Shown here piece by piece: positions 9,924 to 19,369 of a DNA stretch of 64,000 nt. The DNA lies in contig CAVWZA010000019.1 in NCBI GenBank assembly GCA_963759405.1, positions 73,703-137,702 on the forward strand. Direction: 5' to 3'. Source of the DNA: an uncultured Chloroflexia bacterium. Lineage in GTDB: Bacteria; Chloroflexota; Limnocylindria; QHBO01. A model generated the notes under the pieces. It saw nothing but the letters and a program-made list of their open reading frames with translations, was not told where the DNA came from and did no database searches. The position numbers and the translations under genes were made by a program. Every line of letters starts with the position of its first letter. Within the stretch, counting starts at the first letter, position 1.

Positions 9924-10192
9924 GCGGACGCGCGGCTTACCCGTCAGTAATCGACCCCGACTAGCATCGCCCTAGCCGCCGGAGGCCTCGCCATACCGCT
10001 CGACCGCGCTGAACGGTCGGATCGGGGCGTGGAAATACCGGCGGCTTCCGTATGTTCCCCGGTCGCCCAGCCCTTGTCATTTGAGGTCCGGATCAAGCAT
10101 GATCCGCTCATGCGATTGCTGTCGCGCCCCCTCGGCGGCAAGCCCGGGCATGGGGTCGGCTCCCACGACGCCCGGTGCTGGAGGCGACGCCC

Positions 10193-10876
10193 TCAGCCGC
10201 TGGTAATCGAGGGCAGGGCGAGTTCCAGCGCAGCTTCGCGATCGATGAATTGGCCGATCATGACGAGCTCGCCGCTCTCCTGGTATCGCCCCAGCTGATA
10301 GACGCCGCGGCCTTGCCACCAGTACAGCTGGCGCCACGCACCCTCGTGATCGCGGAACAGGGCCCACTCGCGCATCTTCGACGGCCTGACGTCGGTGGCG
10401 CCGCGGGCCTTGAGCGCTCGCACCAGCTCCCGCGTGCGTGACTCCTCCGCACCTCGGCTGCGATCGAACGGCTCGGAGCGTCCAACGGCTCGCGCGACCG
10501 TTTCAACCAGATCGTCAAGGGTGAAGGGCTTGGCCAGGATGGCGGCAAAGCCGGCCTGCTTTGCCCGATCCGACATCGCCTCTTCGGCTTCGGCAACGTC
10601 TTGCGCATGGGCCGTGAACATCACCACCGGCACCGGTCGCGAACGGTTCCGAATTCCGGCAGCCAGATCCCAGCTCGCGTCAAAGCTGGCGGCCGCAAAG
10701 CCGTCGAGCATGACCGCATCTGGCTCGAGCCGCCCGATCGTTCGCAGGAGCGCGTCGTCGGTCAGGTCGTACAGCGACGAGACGGCGTAGCCCTCGTCCT
10801 CGAGGATTGCCTGCACGACTTCAACGACGTCGCGATCGTCATCGACGCACAGGATGCTGGGACGGGGATCGGTCAT
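10193..10876 (-). CDS. orphan response-regulator receiver (CheY-like REC) protein with an uncharacterised C-terminal domain
   Basis: N-terminal REC fold: ILCVDDDRDVVEVV...PDAVMLD...VMFTAHA...LAKPF. No DNA-binding output domain is recognisable and no kinase lies adjacent. Confidence 0.6.
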   Translation of the reverse strand: MTDPRPSILCVDDDRDVVEVVQAILEDEGYAVSSLYDLTDDALLRTIGRLEPDAVMLDGFAAASFDASWDLAAGIRNRSRPVPVVMFTAHAQDVAEAEEAMSDRAKQAGFAAILAKPFTLDDLVETVARAVGRSEPFDRSRGAEESRTRELVRALKARGATDVRPSKMREWALFRDHEGAWRQLYWWQGRGVYQLGRYQESGELVMIGQFIDREAALELALPSITSG

Positions 10877-11167
10877 CTTCTACCTCTGGGCTGCAGTGGG
10901 TGCTCGCGGCCGCCTGGCCTGGGCGATGAAGAGCAACGCGGCCGATTGCAAGTGATATGCCGCCCCGAGTTGCGCCAGCAGAGCACGCATCGGAGCAGTG
11001 ACCCTGTCCGTTCATTCTGCAATTGGTGCAACACGGAAGCACGAACGTACTCCCTTCAACCTATTCTCTCTCCGGCTCCGCCGCCCGGCCCAAGTGATGG
11101 GGGTCCGCGCGTGGTGCTCGCGCGCCAGGCCGTCGCTGTACTGACGGAAGTCACTGGAGGTCATCTC

Positions 11168-11464
11168 ATGCGACGTATCTTTGCAATCCTGCTGGCTGGC
11201 GCCGCCATCGCGGCTCTCGCGGCCGGTCCTGCGGCCGCCGCCGGTCCGGCCAATCCGAGCTGCTGGGGCACGGTGAGCGCACAGCGCGCGACATCTACGC
11301 ACGACATCGGTGAGCATGCTTCCGCGCAGTCGACCCCGCGACTCGGCCTCGGAAACACCGCGCGCCTGCTCTTCGACCTCGGTCTGACGAGCGGCCCGCA
11401 CGTCAGCGACCTCGGCTCGACCCTTGCGGAACTCGACGGGATCGACGCGACAAGCTGCGGCTAG
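11168..11464 (+). CDS. small secreted hypothetical protein (98 aa, signal peptide, two Cys)
   Basis: ATG after a GGAGG RBS. The N-terminus MRRIFAILLAGAAIAALAAGPAAAAGP is a signal peptide. No recognisable domain. Confidence 0.4.
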   Translation: MRRIFAILLAGAAIAALAAGPAAAAGPANPSCWGTVSAQRATSTHDIGEHASAQSTPRLGLGNTARLLFDLGLTSGPHVSDLGSTLAELDGIDATSCG

Positions 11465-11878
11465 CTCACCGGCCTCGGCCGATAAGTCGCTGCCCAGCCG
11501 AGCCGCCGGGAAGCCTCGACATCCCCGCCCGACTGGTCGGACAGTCGGACGGCGAGCAGACCGGCGGCTCCATGCTGCCCGGCGCTGCGGGGCGCGCGAC
11601 CTAGCTTCGTCGGGACGTCCGAACGATGAAGCCAAGCGCGCCACACACCGCCCCGAGGAGTCCGATGTAGGCGACGGCAAGTTCCATGACGGTACTCTGA
11701 GCGCAGGGCGCATCCACGCCATCGGCCATTCGTACTTCCAGCACAGGACCCGACTTCACGCGGCCGCGGCCGCGCATCACCGCACGCAAAGTGGCCCGAA
11801 CCCGGGTGCCCTCCGGATCAGGGCCATCACAAGCGTACCTCCGCCGTCATGTGCGCTTCGTCATCACCACAGGCGCAG

Positions 11879-12343
11879 CTACTCGTGGGCCGAGTGGACG
11901 ACCGCGTGGCCCCGTCCGCGCGAGATCAGCCAGCGATTGACGGGGAATGCCGCGACCCATGCGATGGCGAGTGAGATCGCGAGGCTGATCCAGAACAGCG
12001 CGTTGTCGAGCTGGGCGTCCATCGCTCCGGGGATCGCCAGCATCACGCCGTTGTCGACGATCTCCATGACGGTGATCGAGACCGTATCGGCGACGAAGGC
12101 GAGCCCCAGCGCCGCACGGAGGGGCATGCCCGACGAGACGAGAGGCCACAGGGTCAGGCCGTAGCCGAAGACGAAGGCGAGCACGACGGCCACCACGATG
12201 GTGGCGACGTCGGTCCAGCCGAAGGCGGTGCCGAGCACCATGCCGAGGACCTCGCCGATGGCGCATCCGGTGAGGCAATGGGTCGTCGCCTGGGCGGCAA
12301 GGCGGTTGAGCGAGATGGGCGGATGCTGCTCGAGGTGATCCAC
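11879..12343 (-). CDS. DUF4396-like small membrane protein
   Basis: 154 aa with four TM helices and a CLTGCAIGE motif. Weak family assignment. Confidence 0.45.
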   Translation of the reverse strand: MDHLEQHPPISLNRLAAQATTHCLTGCAIGEVLGMVLGTAFGWTDVATIVVAVVLAFVFGYGLTLWPLVSSGMPLRAALGLAFVADTVSITVMEIVDNGVMLAIPGAMDAQLDNALFWISLAISLAIAWVAAFPVNRWLISRGRGHAVVHSAHE

Positions 12344-12383
12344 GCGATGACGCTATCAGGATCGCGTAGGCTGTGGTCACCGC

Positions 12384-12467
12384 GCCGGAGTGGCGGAAAG
12401 GCAGACGCAGCCGGCTTAAACCCGGCGGCCGAAAGGCGTGGGGGTTCGAATCCCTCCTCCGGCACCA
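12384..12467 (+). tRNA. tRNA-Leu (TAA), long variable arm, CCA encoded
   Basis: GCCGGAGTGGCGGAAAGGCAGACGC.. Anticodon stem-loop GCCGG-CTTAAAC-CCGGC. T-loop TTCGAAT. Ends CTCCGGCACCA. Confidence 0.85.
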
Positions 12468-12473
12468 GTCTCG

Positions 12474-13709
12474 CTAGCGACGGCGCCCGAAGATGCTCCG
12501 ACGCTGCGCCTTCTTCGCGGGTGCCGCCTGCTGCTGTTCGATCCCGATGACGGCCTGCGCCACCCGCCGAAGGGCAACCGTGGCCGGCGAGGCGGGGTGA
12601 CCGATCACGAGCGGAACGCCCTCGTTCACGGAGCGGATCATCTCGACGTCGGTGTAGGGCACCTCCGCCGCGGGCTTCATCTTGAGCAGGTTCTCCACGT
12701 CGCGCGTCTTGAGCAGCTCCTTGGGGAAGACGTGATTCACCACGATGGCGGCACGCGCCTGCAGCGGCGTCGTCTCCGCCAGGAATGTCATCAGCATGCT
12801 CATGGCGCGGAGCGCCGCGATCTCCGGGAAGAGGACGAAGATGTGCGCATCGGCCTGCTCGAGCAGCCAGACCGCGCGCGGGTCCAGGCGGCTGCCGAGG
12901 TCGACGATGATGTGATCGAAGGACGTGCGCATCTGGTCGAAGATTCGCTCGAGGTGCTCGACGCTCACGCGGAAGTCGGCCTCGGGCCGGGTGGGCGCGG
13001 CGAGCACGACCAGCCCGGACGAGTGGGTCGTCAGGTACATGCGCGCCAGCTCCGGATCGGCGAGCGCCTGCTCGTCGCTGGCAAGCCCGCCGATGTCGTA
13101 GCGGGGGGTGAGGTTGAGGTGGGTCGCCACCTGGCCGAACTGAAGATCCAGGTCGACCAGCAGGACGCGCGACGGCGGCAGAGCGACATCCCGTGGCCGT
13201 GGCGCGCCGGCGGACGGTGTAGCTCCGCCCGCCAGCAGGACGGCGGTGTTCACCGCGAGGGTGGTCGTCCCGACTCCGCCCTTCGGGCTGAAGAAGGCAA
13301 CGATCTCCGCGTTGCCGGAGTGCGCTGGCGAGTCCGGCTGGACCTTGCCCGTGCGAATGAGCTGCGCCATCACGCGGCCCTCGAGCTCGCTGTGGGCGAA
13401 GCCGCCGACGATCACGTCGTCCGCCCCGGCCTCGAGGAAGGCGATCTGGGCCTCCACGTCGTTGGCCGGCGAGACGACGAGGATCGGCGTGATCCCATCG
13501 GCGCTGGCGGTGCGCAGCGAGGCAATCGCTCCGGAAGCGGCGAGGCCCTCGGCAACGATGAGGTCGAACTTGCGTCCGCGCATGGCGGCCACGGCATCGG
13601 CCGGCGAGCCGACCGAGGCGGTCGTGTATCCGACGTCGGCGAGGGCTGATTCGAGCTCGGCGCGCAGGGTGGCCTCGCGCGCGCAGATGAGGATCGGGTT
13701 CGAGGGCAT
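12474..13709 (-). CDS. cpaE: CpaE/TadZ-like protein: N-terminal receiver-like domain plus MinD/ParA-family P-loop ATPase
   Basis: REC-like N-terminus (ILICAREATLRAELESALADVGY...). Deviant Walker A FFSPKGGVGTTTLAVNTA. The ORF extends to 13769; the likely start is the ATG at about 13709 (MPSNPIL). Confidence 0.7.
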   Translation of the reverse strand: MPSNPILICAREATLRAELESALADVGYTTASVGSPADAVAAMRGRKFDLIVAEGLAASGAIASLRTASADGITPILVVSPANDVEAQIAFLEAGADDVIVGGFAHSELEGRVMAQLIRTGKVQPDSPAHSGNAEIVAFFSPKGGVGTTTLAVNTAVLLAGGATPSAGAPRPRDVALPPSRVLLVDLDLQFGQVATHLNLTPRYDIGGLASDEQALADPELARMYLTTHSSGLVVLAAPTRPEADFRVSVEHLERIFDQMRTSFDHIIVDLGSRLDPRAVWLLEQADAHIFVLFPEIAALRAMSMLMTFLAETTPLQARAAIVVNHVFPKELLKTRDVENLLKMKPAAEVPYTDVEMIRSVNEGVPLVIGHPASPATVALRRVAQAVIGIEQQQAAPAKKAQRRSIFGRRR

Positions 13710-13912
13710 GGCCTTCTGGCAGCGAGTTGAATGGAAGCTGGAGTATACGGTCCGCGGCCGCGTCGCCACGGAACGCCGTTCATCGGTATACTTTGGGCGC
13801 GCCTCCCAGCCAGGGGGCGCGGTTCATGCTGATTACCTGAGCCCCTTTCTGCCGCGTCGAAGGCTCCCGCCGGCGACGTCGCAAACCCAGAGAGAGGAGG
13901 ACGACGCCAATC

Positions 13913-14464
13913 ATGCGCCGTTACGAACTCATGCTTTTGCTCCGGCCCGACCTGGAGGACGACAAGCTCCAGGCGTCCGTCGAGAAAGTTACCCGCGCCA
14001 TCGTCAATGCCGGTGGCAGCCTCAGCAAGGTCTCGCCGTGGGGCAAGCGACGCCTCGCGTATGACATCCAGCGGCACCGCGAGGCGAGCTACTTCCTGAT
14101 CCACTTCGACATCGAGCCCTCGCAGGTCCGCGAGATCGAGCGCGGCATGCTCATCAGCGAGGAGATCCTGCGTCACCTCGTCACCGTGCTCGAGGACCGC
14201 GGCCCCGCCGATGAGCTCGCGCCGGCTGCGGCAGCGCGGACCACCGACGACGATGGGTTCGGCCCCGACCTGGACGACCCGGCGATCGTGAGCGCACCAG
14301 CCGCCACCGCCACCGCGGTTGTCGAGCCACCCACGCCGGATGTCGCCGATGACGTCGCCGAGGCCCAGATTGCCGAGGCGGAGACCGGCAGCGTCGACAT
14401 CGCGCCGGACGGCGCAGACGATGAGGCCGGCGCCGCGCCGGCCGACGAGGAGGAGCCCGCATGA
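13913..14464 (+). CDS. rpsF: 30S ribosomal protein S6 with a long acidic C-terminal tail
   Basis: MRRYELMLLLRPDLEDDKLQASVEKV... is a canonical S6 core (~100 aa). It is followed by about 80 aa rich in Asp/Glu/Ala. Confidence 0.9.
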   Translation: MRRYELMLLLRPDLEDDKLQASVEKVTRAIVNAGGSLSKVSPWGKRRLAYDIQRHREASYFLIHFDIEPSQVREIERGMLISEEILRHLVTVLEDRGPADELAPAAAARTTDDDGFGPDLDDPAIVSAPAATATAVVEPPTPDVADDVAEAQIAEAETGSVDIAPDGADDEAGAAPADEEEPA

Positions 14465-14943
14465 CGCTCAACAAGATGATGATCATCGGCAACCTCGGTG
14501 CGGACCCGGAGCTTCGCTACACGCCCGGCGGAAAGGCCGTGACGGATCTGCGCGTGGCGGTCAACGACAACCGGAAGGGGCCTGACGGCGAGTGGATCGA
14601 GGAGACGCTCTGGTTCCGGGTGAGCGTCTGGGAGCAGCAGGCTGAGCGACTCGCCGAGCAGCTGCGCAAGGGCAACAAGATCTACGCCGAGGGGCAGCTG
14701 CGAGCCCGCGAGTACGAGGCGCGCGACGGCCAGAAGCGGACGTCGCTCGAGCTCGCCTTCGCCCGCGTCGTGAACCTCGAGCGCCGGCCGCGCGACGAGG
14801 ATGGGGGACCCGGTGGCAGTGGCGCCGCCTTTGACGACGCGCCGCCGCAGGTGCGCCCACGTGGCGCCGGCCAGCCCGAGCCGCAGCCCCAACGTTCCTC
14901 CGCGCCGGGCGCGGAGATGGACGTCGACGACATTCCCTTCTAG
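14461..14943 (+). CDS. ssb: single-stranded DNA-binding protein
   Basis: OB-fold N-terminus (MIIGNLGADPELRYTPGGKAV...LWFRVSVWEQQAE), Gly/Pro-rich linker and acidic tip DVDDIPF. Start overlaps the rpsF stop (ATGA). Confidence 0.9.
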   Translation: MTLNKMMIIGNLGADPELRYTPGGKAVTDLRVAVNDNRKGPDGEWIEETLWFRVSVWEQQAERLAEQLRKGNKIYAEGQLRAREYEARDGQKRTSLELAFARVVNLERRPRDEDGGPGGSGAAFDDAPPQVRPRGAGQPEPQPQRSSAPGAEMDVDDIPF

Positions 14944-14976
14944 CACGCACCAGATCCACGAGGACCGATACGCACC

Positions 14977-15246
14977 ATGGCCAGCCCACGATCGCGCCGC
15001 GAGTCGGCGGACTACTACCGAGACCGCCGACGCCGCAAGGTCTGTAACTTCTGCGTCGACAAGGCGGAGAGCATCGACTACAAGGAGGTCAACCGCCTCC
15101 GCCGCTACCTGAGCGAGCGAGCCAAGATCGAGCCGCGGCGCAAGACGGGCACCTGCGCTCGCCATCAGCGCATGCTCACGACGGCGCTGAAGCGGGCCCG
15201 CCACGTGGCACTGCTCCCGTACGCCCCGCAGCACCTCCGCCCCTGA
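14977..15246 (+). CDS. rpsR: 30S ribosomal protein S18
   Basis: 89 aa: [50 protein letters not shown] is canonical S18. Confidence 0.9.
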   Translation: MASPRSRRESADYYRDRRRRKVCNFCVDKAESIDYKEVNRLRRYLSERAKIEPRRKTGTCARHQRMLTTALKRARHVALLPYAPQHLRP

Positions 15247-15250
15247 CGAT

Positions 15251-15291
15251 CCGACCGGCCGAGCGTGAGTTGACGCTCATCGGCCGGTCGG
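15251..15291 (+). terminator. GC-rich hairpin after rpsR (16-bp stem with a 3-nt bulge, no U-tract)
   Basis: CCGACCGGCCGAGCGT-GAGTTG-ACGCTC(ATC)GGCCGGTCGG lies immediately downstream of the rpsR stop. An intrinsic-terminator-like structure typical of high-GC genomes. Confidence 0.35.
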
Positions 15292-15447
15292 CGACAGTAT
15301 CCAGGCCCGAGGGGGAGTACCCCTGACAGGTGCCATCGTCAGGACGGCGGGCTCATCCCGCCCGGTGGCACCGACCGATCCGCGTGGCGGTCGGGAGAGA
15401 CCTTCGGCCGTCGACACCGCTCCGGCCATTGGAGGAAATCCTCACTC

Positions 15448-16566
15448 GTGGACATCGTCCTGCTCGTGGGCTCGCTCGCGATCATCCTGATCGCCGCCGA
15501 GCTCTTCACGAATGGCATCGAGTGGCTCGGGCACAAGCTGAACCTGGCCGAGGGTGCGGTCGGCAGCGTCCTCGCTGCGGTGGCCACGGCAATGCCCGAG
15601 ACGCTCATTCCGGTGATCGCGATCCTCGGGCCGGTCATCCTCGGCGGGACCGCCACCGAGACCTCAGAGGCCGTCGGCGTCGGCGCGATCCTGGGTGCGC
15701 CGTTCATGCTCTCGACGCTGGCGATGTTCGTGACCGGCATCGCCATCGTCATCTTCGCCCGGCGCGGCCGGCGGACCACCGATCTGCGCGTGAACACGAC
15801 CGTGCTCGGGCGCGACGTCGCCTTCTTCGTGGTCGGGTACGGCATCGCCATCGGCACCGCCTTCCTGCCGCAGGAACTGAGCTGGCTGAAGTGGGTGGCG
15901 GCAGGAGCCCTGTTCGTGCTCTATGCGATCTACGTGCGCCTGCACTTCACCGATGCCGCGGAGGAGAGCGACGCCGCGGATCTGAGCCAGCTGCACCTCA
16001 CCCGTGTGCCGCCCCTCCGCGGGCGTCAGATGCTCGAGATCGACCACTTCCCGGGCCCACACTCGGTGACGGGCGGCGAGCCGCGCCTGGCAATCGTCGT
16101 CGCACAGGTCGTGCTCGCGCTGGGACTGATCATCGTTGGCGCGCAGGTCTTCGTCGGCGCCGTCGAGCACCTCTCGACGGTGGTCGGCCTCGACCCCACG
16201 ATCCTCGCACTGATCATCGCGCCGATCGCCACCGAGCTGCCCGAGAAGTTCAACAGCGTGCTCTGGGTCCGCAACGGCAAGGACACCCTGGCCATGGGCA
16301 ACATCACCGGTGCCATGGTCTTCCAGAGCTGCCTGCCGACCGTGCTCGGCCTGCTCTTCACGACCTGGACCTTCACGCCTGAGAGCGCCATCCACTTCGC
16401 ATCGGCCGGCGTCGCGTTCGTGTCGACCATCCTGATCTTCGGGGGCATGATCTGGCGCGGTCGCCTCACGGCGTGGGCGCTGCTGATCGGCGGGCCGCTG
16501 TACCTGGTCTACATCTATCTGGCGCTCTTCACCGATCTCGGCGCCTCGGCGGCGCCGGTGCACTGA
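15448..16566 (+). CDS. Ca2+/cation antiporter (CaCA family, YrbG-like Na+/Ca2+ exchanger)
   Basis: 372-aa polytopic membrane protein with two internal alpha-repeats (GAVGSVLAAVATAMPE... and ...IAPIATELPEKFNSVLWVRNGKDTLAMGNITGAMVFQ). GTG start after a GGAGG RBS. Confidence 0.75.
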   Translation: MDIVLLVGSLAIILIAAELFTNGIEWLGHKLNLAEGAVGSVLAAVATAMPETLIPVIAILGPVILGGTATETSEAVGVGAILGAPFMLSTLAMFVTGIAIVIFARRGRRTTDLRVNTTVLGRDVAFFVVGYGIAIGTAFLPQELSWLKWVAAGALFVLYAIYVRLHFTDAAEESDAADLSQLHLTRVPPLRGRQMLEIDHFPGPHSVTGGEPRLAIVVAQVVLALGLIIVGAQVFVGAVEHLSTVVGLDPTILALIIAPIATELPEKFNSVLWVRNGKDTLAMGNITGAMVFQSCLPTVLGLLFTTWTFTPESAIHFASAGVAFVSTILIFGGMIWRGRLTAWALLIGGPLYLVYIYLALFTDLGASAAPVH

Positions 16567-16673
16567 TCGTCATCGGCCAAAGCGGCTCCGGTGATCGTCC
16601 GGACGTCGCGGGTATACTTGCGCGCGCCGATGCGTCGATGGCGCGTCGGCGCGCCCGAGCGAAGGAGGCAGCC

Positions 16674-17636
16674 TTGTTGGAGCAGGAGAATCGAACCCAG
16701 GCCGCGGCGGTGGAGACCACCACCGAGCTGTGGGCGTTCTTCCGTGGCGACTTCGTGCCGCTCCGCGACGCGAACATCAACGTGATGACGCACGGCTTCA
16801 ACTACGGGACCGCTGTTTTCGAAGGCATTCGCGCCTACTGGAACGCGGACGAGGAGCAGCTCTTCGCCCTCGAGCTGGTCGCGCACTACCACCGCATCCG
16901 TGCCTCCGCGCGCCTGCTGATGATGGAGATCGGCCAGTCGCCCGAGGAGCTCGCCGAGATCACCGTCGAGCTGCTGCGCCGCGACGGCCTTCGCGAGGAC
17001 GTCTACCTCCGCCCGATCATCTACAAGAGCTCCGAGACGATCGGGGTACGCCTCCACAACCTCGACGCCGACATCACCATCTTCGGCGTTCCGTTCGGCC
17101 AGTACATCGACACCGAGGGCGGAATCCGTGCCCAGGTCAGCAGCTGGCGTCGAACCGACGACAACGCCATCCCCGCACGCGGCAAGATCACCGGGGCGTA
17201 CGTGAACGGTGCGCTCGCCAAGAGCGAGGCCCAGCTCAACGGCTTCGACGAGGCGATCGTGCTGACATCCGACGGCCACGTGAGCGAAGGGAGCGCGGAG
17301 AACCTCTTCATCGTGAAGCGCGGAGTGCTCATCACGCCCCCGGTCACGGACAACATCCTCGAGGGCATCACGCGCGCGCGGCTGATGGAGATCGCTCGCG
17401 ACGACCTCGGGGTCGAGGTGCTCGAGCGCTCGATCGACCGCACCGAGCTGTACAGCGCCGACGAGGTGTTCCTGTGCGGCACCGGGGCGCAGATCAGCCC
17501 GGTCATCGAGATCGACCGGCGGAGCATCGGTGGGGGACATCCGGGCGAGATCACCAGGAACCTGTCGCGGACCTACTTCGACGCCGTGCGCGGCCGTCTG
17601 CCGGCCTACCGCGGCTGGCTGACACCGGTCTACTAG
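16674..17636 (+). CDS. ilvE: branched-chain amino acid aminotransferase (class IV PLP aminotransferase)
   Basis: FVPLRDANINVMTHGFNYGTAVFEGIRAY...EVFLCGTGAQISPVIEIDRRSIG. TTG start 6 nt after a GAAGGAGG RBS. Confidence 0.85.
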   Translation: MLEQENRTQAAAVETTTELWAFFRGDFVPLRDANINVMTHGFNYGTAVFEGIRAYWNADEEQLFALELVAHYHRIRASARLLMMEIGQSPEELAEITVELLRRDGLREDVYLRPIIYKSSETIGVRLHNLDADITIFGVPFGQYIDTEGGIRAQVSSWRRTDDNAIPARGKITGAYVNGALAKSEAQLNGFDEAIVLTSDGHVSEGSAENLFIVKRGVLITPPVTDNILEGITRARLMEIARDDLGVEVLERSIDRTELYSADEVFLCGTGAQISPVIEIDRRSIGGGHPGEITRNLSRTYFDAVRGRLPAYRGWLTPVY

Positions 17637-17697
17637 GAGGCAGCGCCGCGACGGCTGGTTCTCGACCGCGACCGGCCGTGCGGGCGGTTCGACGACG

Positions 17698-19365
17698 ATG
17701 ACCACCACCACCGACGATCCCGATCGCCTGCGCTGGCTGGGCCGCCTCCTCGAGATGGTCCCCGGCATGATCTCCTGGTCAATCCTGATCCTGCCGCTCT
17801 GGCTCAGCTTCAGCTATCCGTGGCTGGTCGCCTACTTCGTCCTCAGCTTCGACTTCTACTGGCTATGCCGCGCGCTCTGGTTCGCCGGCGCGGTGATCGT
17901 CGCGTTCGGACGGATTCAGGACGTGCATGCCGTCGACTGGACCGAGCGGGTCGCCGGCCTTGCCGATCCGAAGGCCCGCATTGCGGCCCTGGAAGCCCGC
18001 CTCACGTCGCTCGGCCCCGATCTGCCTCGCGAGGCGCTCGGCGTCATCGGGCTCGCTCGTCCGACCGGCGCGGAGCGGCGGCGCCTGCGGCGCGAGATGA
18101 CTGAGCTGCGGGCGGTCGAGGCGCTGCCGGATGCGCCGCCTTCGGCCGACGATCTGATTCACCTGGCCCTCATCCCGACCTACACCGAGCCGCTCGAGAA
18201 GCTGCGGTACACGGTCCGCGCCCTCGCCGAGGCGGAGTGGCCCGCGGAGCGCAAGATCTGCGCGATCATCACGCGCGAGACGGACGAGTCCGGCATCGCC
18301 AACGTGAAGACCCTGCAGGCCGAGTTCCGCGGCGCATTCGCGGAGTTCATCCACATCCTCGATCCGCTCGAACCGGGGATCGTGGTCGGCAAGAGCAGCG
18401 CGATGGCATGGGGTGGCCGCTACCTCTATCGAAAGCTGGTGCGGGAGCGCGGCATGGATCCGCATCGGATCATCGTCACGGACCTCGACGCCGACTACCG
18501 CGTGCATCCGCAGTACTTCGCCTACCTGAGCTGGGTGCACCTGACCGATCCGAACCGGGAGACGCAGCTCTATCAGCCGATTCCGTACTTCCACAACAAC
18601 ATCTGGGATGCGCCGATGCTCCAGCGGCTGTTCGCCGCTGTGCTGACCCAGCTGCAGATGTGGCGCAGCGTGCTGCCGGAGAAGCTGCAGAGCTTCGGGT
18701 CGTACTCGACGACGCTGCACCTCGTCCACGACGTCGGCTATTGGGCGACCGACGCCATCCCGGAGGACAGTCGCTTCTACTGGAAGAGCTACTTCCGCTA
18801 TGGCGACCGCTTCCGCGCCGTCCCACTCTTCATGCCGATCTACGGCGACGCGGTGCGCGCGCGCGGATACTGGCGGAGCATGGCCGAGCAGTACCTGCAG
18901 GCACGACGCTGGGCGTGGGGCGTCACCGACATCCCCTACGTGGTCGACAACGCGGTCAGGCACGCCGAGATTCCATTCTCGTCGCGCTTCTGGCGCGTCA
19001 TCAACCTGTTCGGCGAGCACATCAACTGGGCGATCACGCCCTTCGTCCTCACCTTCGGCGCAACGGTGCCGCTGCTGATCAACCCCGCCTTCGCCGAAAC
19101 GACCCTCGGCCAGAACCTGCCGCTCTACGCGAGCGCCATGCTCAGCATGGCGATCGTCAGCCTGGCCGTGCTCATCGTGGTCGAGCACCGGATCGTGCCA
19201 CCACGGCCGGTCGAGTGGGGTTTGGTCCAGCGGGTGCTCAGCTACGTGCAATGGATCGGACTGCCATTCGTCGGCATCATCTTCAGCATGGTCCCGGCCC
19301 TCGACGCCCAGACGCGCCTGCTGACCGGCCGCTACCTGGAGTACAAGGTCACCGAGAAGGTCTGA
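17698..19365 (+). CDS. membrane-embedded processive family-2 glycosyltransferase (cellulose/hyaluronan-synthase-like)
   Basis: 555 aa with N- and C-terminal TM clusters and a cytoplasmic GT-A domain. D,D motifs (TDLDADY) and the QxxRW motif (QARRWAWG) are diagnostic of processive beta-glycosyltransferases. Confidence 0.7.
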   Translation: MTTTTDDPDRLRWLGRLLEMVPGMISWSILILPLWLSFSYPWLVAYFVLSFDFYWLCRALWFAGAVIVAFGRIQDVHAVDWTERVAGLADPKARIAALEARLTSLGPDLPREALGVIGLARPTGAERRRLRREMTELRAVEALPDAPPSADDLIHLALIPTYTEPLEKLRYTVRALAEAEWPAERKICAIITRETDESGIANVKTLQAEFRGAFAEFIHILDPLEPGIVVGKSSAMAWGGRYLYRKLVRERGMDPHRIIVTDLDADYRVHPQYFAYLSWVHLTDPNRETQLYQPIPYFHNNIWDAPMLQRLFAAVLTQLQMWRSVLPEKLQSFGSYSTTLHLVHDVGYWATDAIPEDSRFYWKSYFRYGDRFRAVPLFMPIYGDAVRARGYWRSMAEQYLQARRWAWGVTDIPYVVDNAVRHAEIPFSSRFWRVINLFGEHINWAITPFVLTFGATVPLLINPAFAETTLGQNLPLYASAMLSMAIVSLAVLIVVEHRIVPPRPVEWGLVQRVLSYVQWIGLPFVGIIFSMVPALDAQTRLLTGRYLEYKVTEKV

Positions 19366-19369
19366 GCCG

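Noticed and set aside
11601-11789. 62-aa minus-strand ORF ending in a 28-aa hydrophobic peptide (MELAVAYIGLLGAVCGALGFIVRTSRRS)
   Set aside because: There is no RBS and no conservation signal I can see. It could be a tiny membrane peptide, but is equally explained as chance in a high-GC intergenic region.
14173-15234. 353-aa minus-strand ORF across ssb/rpsR
   Set aside because: Antisense to two canonical, highly conserved genes; a GC-driven artefact.
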